A stretch of DNA of 64,000 bases, from NCBI RefSeq assembly GCF_006345805.1, contig NC_043019.1, positions 27,465,360 to 27,529,359 on the forward strand, in the 5' to 3' direction. This stretch comes from Octopus sinensis. Lineage: Eukaryota. The notes under the pieces are model-generated. The model did not search any database. It was given only the letters and a program-made list of their open reading frames with translations, and was not told the origin of the DNA. Of the stretch, positions 58,845 to 64,000 are shown piece by piece. The position numbers were made by a program, and so were the translations under genes. The first letter of the stretch is position 1, and each line of letters starts with the position of its first letter.

Positions 58845-61655
58845 ACTCTTTACTCTTTTACTTGTTTCAGTCATTTGACTGCGGCCATGCTGGAGCACCG
58901 CCTTTAGTCAAGCAAATTGACCCCGGGGCTTATCCTTTGTAAGCCCAGTACTTATTCTATTGGTCTCTTTTTGCCGAACCGCAAAGTGACGGGGACGTAA
59001 ACACACCAGCATCGGTTGTCAAGCAATGCTAGGGGGACAAACACAGACAAACATATACACACACACTTATATATATATATATACATATATACGACGGGCT
59101 TCTTTCAGTTTCCGTCTACCAAATCCACTCACAAGGCATTGGTCGGCCCGGGGTTATAGCAGAAGACACTTGCCCAAGATGCCATATATTATGTATGTAT
59201 GTATATCATCAGACGTCCGTTTTCCATGGTGGTATGGGTTGGATGGTTTGGCAGGAGTTGGCAGGACCAGGGCCCACACCAGATATATGTGTGTGTTTAT
59301 ATACACCCCCACCCCATATATGCATTCACAGGTTTGGCCGAAGTTTGTTTCCCAACCACATGGTCTTGGGTTCACTTCCACTGCATAGCACCTTGGGCAA
59401 GTGCCTTCTATTATAACCCCAGGCCAACCAGAGTCTTGTGAGTGGGTTTGGTAGAGGGAAACTGACAGAAGCCCTATATGTGTGTGTGTTGTGGTAGGTG
59501 TCTTTATTACTTTAGTGAAATGCAAACAAACAAGAAAGTTGGAGTAGGAACTCAGTGAATCATCAATTGAATAAGTAATCTTTATCGCATGGATTGAGCA
59601 CCCCACATCATGCTGCAGAAAATCTGCCTCAACAAATTCTATCTGTGGGTGTCTGTTACTCTCTCTTTTGGCTTGGCATCATGTGTTCGTTGTAAAACGA
59701 TTGTCACTATCGTACAAACAGTGTCCTTTATTTCCTATCTTCTGTAAAAAAAAAAAAAGCATCTGGCCATGGGAAATATTTACCTTGTTTGGAAACAGGT
59801 GAGGTGTTGGGGTTGGCAACAGGAAGAGCATCCTGCTGCAGACAATCTGCCTCAACAAATGTAAGCATGGAAAAGTAGAGCTCAAGCGATGATGATGGCT
59901 ATGTCTGTGTCCAAAAGAGACAATGATTTGATGCATCTTCTGCTTTAAAATTCATGCTTGAATCTGCATGTTCAAAGATAAATTCTTGTCTTTCTTACTT
60001 GAGCGAAACATGTACAAACAAGGAAGCTAGAGTAGCAACTCAGTGAATCTTCAATTGTATAAGTAATCTTTATTGTATGGATTGAGTTTTATTTTCTCCA
60101 ATTACTGCTGTGTGTCTTTAAAAAAAGCACCCCCCCTCCACTGTAATTCTTCCTGTATAACAGCAGGTATAAATCTGCAGGAGAGACAGAAAGCTGGCAG
60201 AATTGTTAGCATGTTGGCCAAAATGCTAAGTGGCTTTTTTGTCTTTATGTTCTGAGTTCAAATTCTGCTGAGGTCGGCTTTGCCTTTCATCCTTGCGGGG
60301 TAAATAAAATATGTACCAGTTGAGCACTGAAGGGGGATTGTGTTGATGCTATCAACTTAGCCCCTCCCTTCAAAAATTTCTGACCTTGGGCCAAAATTTG
60401 AAACAAATATTACCTGCAGAAATTCCGACCTGCTTGTGTTGCTTCACAGATCTCCATGAGATAGTGTTGACCCTTCAATTGTGAAATTAAACTTTAGAGT
60501 TATTCCAGTAATGGTGTTAAATATCTTCCAAAACAAATTGAATTGGTATTTTCTGTAAGTCACATTGCCTCAATAAACTTGGCATATCTCAACAAAAAGT
60601 AGTTTCCAACATGACATTCCTCCATAAAAGATAGATTGGGATATAAACACTGCTTTCTGCAGTTAAGGGAAATGAAATTTTGAGTTGATATATCTGAACC
60701 CCTTAGTAAAAGGGTTAAAATAAAAGGGATCTTTTCGGTTTGAACGGCAGTTTTTTCTAGCAGTGTCATATGAAATTGTCACCCATAATTATGACCCTAG
60801 AATTGATCTATTGCATTTCAATGTCTGTTAGGGTTAGTTATGGTTGGTTAGGGGTGGGGGAAGGGTATCTTTTTTTCTTCACAAATGTAAATAAACCCAA
60901 TCTGTTTCTTAAACGAGGGACATATTCATGCGGCACAGAATGCTTTTTAACTCAATGGACGTCACTGATTGGTTGAAATTGCAGAAATTGAAGAAAAAAA
61001 ACAACAAATATCTTACAGACTATAGAATTTTCTCAATAAAGCCAAGAGAAAAAGATGTTTTATAAACACATTCTACCAGTATACGAAGTTTAAAATTTTT
61101 TAGTTACCTAGAAATTGTGTTAAAACCTGCTGTTCAAACTGAAAAGATCCAATAAAAGTAGGGGACATTGAATAATATCCTGGATTTGTGTGTCTGGAAA
61201 GAAAGTAGAACAGTCATGGTTGCACTGTCCTACTTTGATAAATCCCTCAACCTATTAACTGTGAAATTAAACTTCATGGTTGCTCCAGTCATGATGTTAA
61301 ATATTTACCAAAAGACAGAATTGGTATTTTTTGCCAGTCATCCAGAAAATAGTTTCAAGACTGACATCTTTCAACAAAAAGATAGATTGAAATATAAACA
61401 CTGCTTTTTGCAGTTAAGGGAGATGAAGTTTTGAGTGGATATATCTGATTTCTGCAGTAAAAGGGTTAAATATTTCAATTGTGTCCATAGTGCAGGTTGT
61501 TTAAAGCATAACAAACAGCTGTTATATAAGATAAACAATAATATTATAGAGAGTGATATTAATCATATTATGTATTATTTGTTAACAGAGCTTGTGCTAC
61601 ACAGATGGAAATCGTGTATCCAGTGAAACAGTCCTTGGTGTCATTTACAGGCAAG
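33570..61655 (+). CDS. TDRD7: Tudor domain-containing protein 7 homolog, 5' part (11 coding exons, 394 codons; eLOTUS - linker - dsRBD-like - LOTUS2; continues past the window)
   Basis: Hand-assembled exons 33570-33645, 37336-37441, 38794-38902, 43795-44079, 46412-46484, 48122-48172, 49714-49866, 52385-52459, 54846-54904, 56930-57057 and 61589-61655. All introns are GT-AG, all phases are compatible and there are no stops. The N-terminus IRAVLQSAKNGV..HYRSLT..YGYKSLDELMANIPDTV matches TDRD7 LOTUS1 (human LRAVLQSHKNGV..EYRSLTG..LGFPTLEAYLRSVPAVV, recalled) better than TDRD5. Confidence 0.88.
33800..34187. mobile_element. piggyBac-like MITE with an internal ~167-bp tandem duplication
   Basis: TTAA TSDs (33796-33799, 34188-34191); TIRs ccctttcgttac / gtaacgaaaggg. 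Confidence 0.85.
35671..36028 (-). mobile_element. Complete 358-bp non-autonomous retroposon with 13-bp TSD, (TACAAG)n-like tail and candidate HDV-like ribozyme head
   Basis: Direct repeat catttaagccctt at 35658-35670 and 36029-36041. The minus-strand 3' end is gctacaagtacaagtaaa. The body is GC-rich. Confidence 0.75.
37336..37441 (+). CDS. TDRD7: TDRD7 coding exon 2 (DHYRSLTKENIQYAQYGYKSLDELMANIPDTVYLA), LOTUS1 core
   Basis: tttag acceptor, aa|gtaagt donor; phase 1 in, phase 2 out. Confidence 0.92.
37626..37949 (-). mobile_element. Helitron-like non-autonomous element
   Basis: The minus strand starts a|tctattatataaaatccg, like the other Helitrons here. The 3' end (ctcgt) is atypical. Confidence 0.4.
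38794..38902 (+). CDS. TDRD7: TDRD7 coding exon 3 (NYRGTKIYRAVCTDSTYHLQKLIDRQKSVSARKSKPV), LOTUS1 end and eLOTUS extension helix
   Basis: ttttccag acceptor, gtt|gtatgt donor; phase 2 in, phase 0 out. Parallels human ITCYAMACTETARIAQLVARQRSSKRK (recalled). Confidence 0.9.
39360..40640 (+). mobile_element. Penelope-like element (Zn-finger and GIY-YIG region) with 3' pLTR
   Basis: PCSHPCCCTC...FTCTSTNVIYCISCSLCPSLYIGQMGCCLVDWFAEHLR is a Cys-rich linker plus a VIY..YIG.T..L..RF.EH-type endonuclease motif. A hammerhead-like motif lies at 40514-40550. Confidence 0.8.
40514..40550 (+). ncRNA. Variant minimal hammerhead motif (CUGUUGA core)
   Basis: cttt(t)-CTGTTGA-a-gagt[gtag]gctt-GAAA-ca-tt-aaag; stem I is cttt/aaag. 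Confidence 0.45.
40653..42950 (+). mobile_element. RTE LINE 3' end with five-fold tandem amplification of its 3' UTR
   Basis: ERRLRWYGHVTRK...CGRGRPRKTWDEVVKHDLRTLGLTKEMSRDRDLWKYAVREKTRQD*. The marker atagatgaacatca occurs five times (~41008, 41373, 41788, 42075, 42416). Ends in a (GAT)n tail. Confidence 0.88.
43795..44079 (+). CDS. TDRD7: TDRD7 coding exon 4 (95 codons, linker PNRRRPLF...KDISSNE)
   Basis: Pyrimidine tract and ttag acceptor, gag|gtattt donor; open 285 nt in phase 0; non-repetitive sequence. Confidence 0.8.
44164..44388. mobile_element. piggyBac-like MITE (an oppositely oriented copy lies at 50731-50949)
   Basis: TTAA|ccctttag...ctaaaggg|TTAA. Confidence 0.75.
44414..44890 (+). 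mobile_element. Chimeric SINE: family D tRNA head and body joined to the 3' half of family C
   Basis: Head gaaggcgcaatggcccagtagttagggcagcg...ggtttcgattccc. From ~44710 the sequence matches 32650-32830. An antisense family D copy lies at ~50470-50670. Confidence 0.65.
45499..46011 (-). mobile_element. Non-autonomous Helitron
   Basis: The minus strand begins a|TCtatatatataaaac and ends with hairpin cccgagcaacgccggg plus CTAG|t (AT target). Confidence 0.8.
46412..46484 (+). CDS. TDRD7: TDRD7 coding exon 5 ((Q)VPYGSMNTFPLAPRFQKQKNNTP)
   Basis: Tandem CAGCAG acceptor and ccag|gttagt donor. It is the only phase 0-to-1 exon I found that links exon 4 to exon 6. Confidence 0.75.
47568..47896. mobile_element. 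Palindromic (foldback) element with ~127-bp arms
   Basis: 47635-47761 is a near-perfect reverse complement of 47771-47896. A second family member lies at ~55938-56665. Confidence 0.85.
47993..48033 (+). pseudogene. Pseudo-exon: duplicated acceptor and first 9 nt of TDRD7 exon 9 inside intron 5
   Basis: 47960-48001 is identical to 54813-54854 over 42 nt, including ttccag|ataaaatgg. The upstream flanks 47441-47503 and 54661-54723 are also identical. Confidence 0.65.
48122..48172 (+). CDS. TDRD7: TDRD7 coding exon 6 (APDFVKGRHEHTPRSNK)
   Basis: ggacag acceptor after a T-rich tract, ag|gtaagt donor; symmetric phase 1-1, 51 nt. Confidence 0.75.
49714..49866 (+). CDS. TDRD7: TDRD7 coding exon 7 (VSSSVLDGKQYTECLVEFVSKNSLSFAIQALPVENGFTASIQIKNEVYESS), first part of dsRBD-like domain
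   Basis: tttccag acceptor, g|gttagt donor; phase 1-1, 153 nt. Confidence 0.83.
52385..52459 (+). CDS. TDRD7: TDRD7 coding exon 8 (ARFPSEQEAQYSAAKNACISLGLDP), final helix of dsRBD-like domain
   Basis: ctttcag acceptor, t|gtaagt donor; phase 1-1, 75 nt. Confidence 0.85.
54846..54904 (+). CDS. TDRD7: TDRD7 coding exon 9 (YKMDDPVGIDEHELKKRVQQ), start of LOTUS2
   Basis: tttccag acceptor, cag|gtaggt donor; phase 1 in, phase 0 out. Confidence 0.83.
56154..56568. mobile_element. MITE with GGATC termini and 8-bp TSD (Merlin- or hAT-like), nested in the palindromic element
   Basis: TIRs ggatcttttcggtttg / caaactgaaaagatcc; TSD caaattta on both sides; internal (TTAGGG)2. Confidence 0.85.
56669..56809. 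mobile_element. Mariner-type mini-MITE, 141 bp
   Basis: TIRs aggttgtcccaaaagttcgta / tacgaacttttgggacaacct; TA TSDs. Confidence 0.8.
56930..57057 (+). CDS. TDRD7: TDRD7 coding exon 10 (IVVQNGLWLKNMGETYEKQFGEKAPDNLQDLVRSWVDVFKIE), LOTUS2 core
   Basis: ctag acceptor (an in-frame alternative cag ends at 56941), ca|gtaagt donor. NGLW and W..V..IE match the TDRD7 LOTUS2 pattern (human NNGIWI...WPHICTVEK, recalled). Confidence 0.87.
60727..61150. mobile_element. Second copy of the GGATC-terminal MITE
   Basis: TSD aataaaag at 60719-60726 and 61151-61158; body nearly identical to 56154-56568. Confidence 0.85.
61589..61655 (+). CDS. TDRD7: TDRD7 coding exon 11 (QACATQMEIVYPVKQSLVSFTGK), LOTUS2 end
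   Basis: ttaacag acceptor, aag|gtaggc donor; phase 2 in. The IVYP motif matches the LOTUS terminal strand (human LLLYP). Confidence 0.78.
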
Positions 61656-63032
61656 GTAGGCAGGCTTTTATTTTATAAATCTTCTATCTTGATATGTTTG
61701 CTCAGACATGGGCATGTGAGACTTCCTGAATGGCACGCCTAATGAAAAATTCCTTTGAATTATTTTTAGTATTGTGGCACACCTACTGAAGAGTCATGCA
61801 TTGTGTGGCTCCGTGTGCAGACAATTCGCCAATTGGACAATAAGTTGACATGTATAAGTATTGATCATGGACTTCATAAAAATGGAATGAGGTGACAGAC
61901 TTTAAAAAAATGTCAGCATATTGTCCTTTCGGCAAATTGTCCAATCAGTCACTTGTCCTGTCTGTAAGTTATCTGTTGGCCAACTGTCTGTCAACAAATT
62001 GTCTGTCTACCATGTGACTCACTTCTAGAAAACTGTTTGCCCATCCCTGTTTTAGGTTTACTTATTTCTTTATTGCCCACAAGGCGCTAAACATAGAGGG
62101 GACAGACAAAGGGATTAAGTCGATTACATCGACCCCAGTGCGTAACTGGTACTTAATTTATTGACCCCGAAAGGATGAAAGGCAAAGTCGACCTTGGTGG
62201 AATTTGAACTCAGAACATAATGGCAGACGAAATACCTATTTCTTTACTACCCACATGGGGCCAAACACAGAGGGGACAAACAAGGACAGACAAACGGATT
62301 AAGTCGATTCCATCGATCCCAGTGCGTAACTGGTACTTAATTTATCGACCCCCAGTGCGTAACTGGTACTTAATTTATCGACCCCGAAAGGATGAAAGGC
62401 AAAGTCGAATTTGGCGGAATTTGAACTCAGAACATAACGGCAGACGAAATACGGCTACGCATTTCGCCCTGCATGCTAACGTTCCTGCCAGCTCGCCACC
62501 TTTTATATAAACGGGCGAAATACCACTAAACATTTCGCCCAGAGTGCTAACTAACGTTTCTACCAGCTCGCCGCTTACGGTTTTAGGTTTACCTGAATGA
62601 GGAAACACTTCATCTTCATTTGATCATCTCTTCTACACCGGTGACATTTGATCTATATTTTGGTGGTGAGGGTACAAACTGTTGTTCTTTCATGTGTTTA
62701 CATAATGTACACTTGCTAAGTGCCACTCCTCCCCCCACACACAACATACTGTTTTTGTTTATTTTTTGAGTAGAAAAATATAAAAGTACTCAATGTTAGA
62801 AGTCTGATACATGTTTGTCATTTCTTATCAATTTACTGAAGACTATTGTGTGGCTGTGTTATGAGAAGCTTGCCTCTCAACCACATGGTTCCGGGTTCAG
62901 TCCCACTGCATGACACCTTGGGCAAGTGTCTTCTACTGTAGCCTTGGGCCAACCAAAGCCTTGTGAGTGGATTTCGCTGATGGAAGCACTCTTGTCCTCT
63001 TTCTTATATATTAAAATTGTGTTGTTTTTATA

Positions 63033-63404
63033 TCTCTCTATATATAAACGGCAGTTTGTCTGTGCGTGTTTCTGTGTGTCTGTTTTCTCGTACCCTCACC
63101 CTGACCACGGCTTTCAACCGATTCTGATGAAACTTGACACACACATAGCCCAATGTCATAATTCAAAACTAACACAGCGAAAACTTTGAAAAGTTCCCCC
63201 AGTTCTGAAAAAAATCGATAAATTCGACATGGCGTCGAGAATCAGAAACACAAACCACAGACTGTCTAGGGGACGCAACTTGACCTTTTTAACTAAAAAA
63301 AAAATTTACCATAATTTTTTTTCCATTTTTTGGCTATGACTCTCTAAAAATGCTTTATAGTTATTTCCCTTACAAACCCGAGCAACGCCGGGCAATACTG
63401 CTAG
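63033..63404 (+). mobile_element. Non-autonomous Helitron
   Basis: a|TCtctctatatata start; hairpin cccgagcaacgccggg at 63378-63393; CTAG|t end. Confidence 0.8.
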
Positions 63405-64000
63405 TCTTAATTAAAAGTACAATTAATTTCTTGTCTCTCTTTTCTTTGTTTCATTTCATTTGTTAAGGAAGTTGAAATAAAACATGCTGATTTGTTACCA
63501 GTCGGGTAAGTTTACATTTCATCCTCCTCCTCTTTATTCTGCCTTCTGCTCTTTCCTCAGCCTCCCCCTCTACCTCTTTCCTCTTCCTCCTCCTCTATCA
63601 CCGAATTCTCATCATTGTAGTACCACAGCTACTACCACACCACCACTGCTATTTCACCATGACTCCACCGCCACTATCCCCTCCACCTACAATTACTGAC
63701 AACGTGAGACCTCGTTACTTGATTAATTTGACTTCCTAATTATAATGGCCAATCATCATCATCATTATTTGATGTCTGTTTTTCCATTCTGGCATGGGTT
63801 GCACAGTTTGACAGTAGCTGCCCACGCCTCATGTCTGCTTTGGCATGGGTTTTTATGGCTGGATGCCCTTCCTAACACCAACCACTTTACAGAGGGTACT
63901 GGGTGCTTTTATGGAACACTGGAATGGGTGCATTTATGTAGCACCAGTACAGGTGCTTTCTATGTGGGCCCCAGCACCCAGATCTCCTTCAAACCACCCC

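Noticed and set aside
60470-61470. Diverged direct repeat (~60470-60720 and ~61250-61470) and the ORF at 61168-61434 before exon 11
   Set aside because: Both copies end in aaagggttaa, like piggyBac-type MITE ends. They are more likely two TE copies than a duplicated exon.
61651-61660. Competing GC donor (acag|gcaagg) 5 nt upstream of the exon-11 GT donor
   Set aside because: The canonical GT donor suffices. The downstream exon is outside the window, so the alternative cannot be tested.
2957-62608. Recurrent ORFs such as MLAWVGRFDRGSG..., MTTDAGVFTSPSLSG... and poly-YI/HT/CV peptides
   Set aside because: They are translations of dispersed RTE 3' UTRs, SINEs and microsatellites, and the same peptides recur at many loci.

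Overview
AT-rich, microsatellite- and transposon-dense animal genomic DNA. The repeat families resemble those of octopus/coleoid cephalopods; this is inferred from remembered repeat motifs, not from a database search. Two protein-coding genes are supported, both on the + strand. (1) An intronless HYLS1 homolog at 36-1349 (centriole/ciliogenesis protein). (2) The 5' part of a TDRD7 (Tapas-type) piRNA/germ-granule gene, for which I assembled 11 phase-compatible GT-AG exons between 33570 and 61655 (394 codons). These encode an extended LOTUS domain, a linker, a degenerate dsRBD-like domain and a second LOTUS domain; the gene continues beyond the window. Most other listed ORFs are by-products of SINEs, LINE fragments (RTE, BovB-like, CR1, R4/Dong-like, Penelope), mariner/Tigger relics, MITEs, Helitrons and microsatellites. 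The most notable observations are: a dsRBD-like module between the LOTUS domains of TDRD7; a complete 358-bp TSD-flanked short retroposon with a partial HDV-like ribozyme fold at its 5' end; a duplicated TDRD7 exon-9 acceptor forming a possible poison or terminal pseudo-exon; a 1.2-kb foldback array of STAT-type TTCCnGGAA sites; Penelope-associated minimal hammerhead motifs; and a five-fold amplified RTE 3' UTR. No CRISPR array, rRNA or convincing tRNA gene was found. Coordinates of exons and TSD-bounded elements were counted by hand; other repeat boundaries are approximate.
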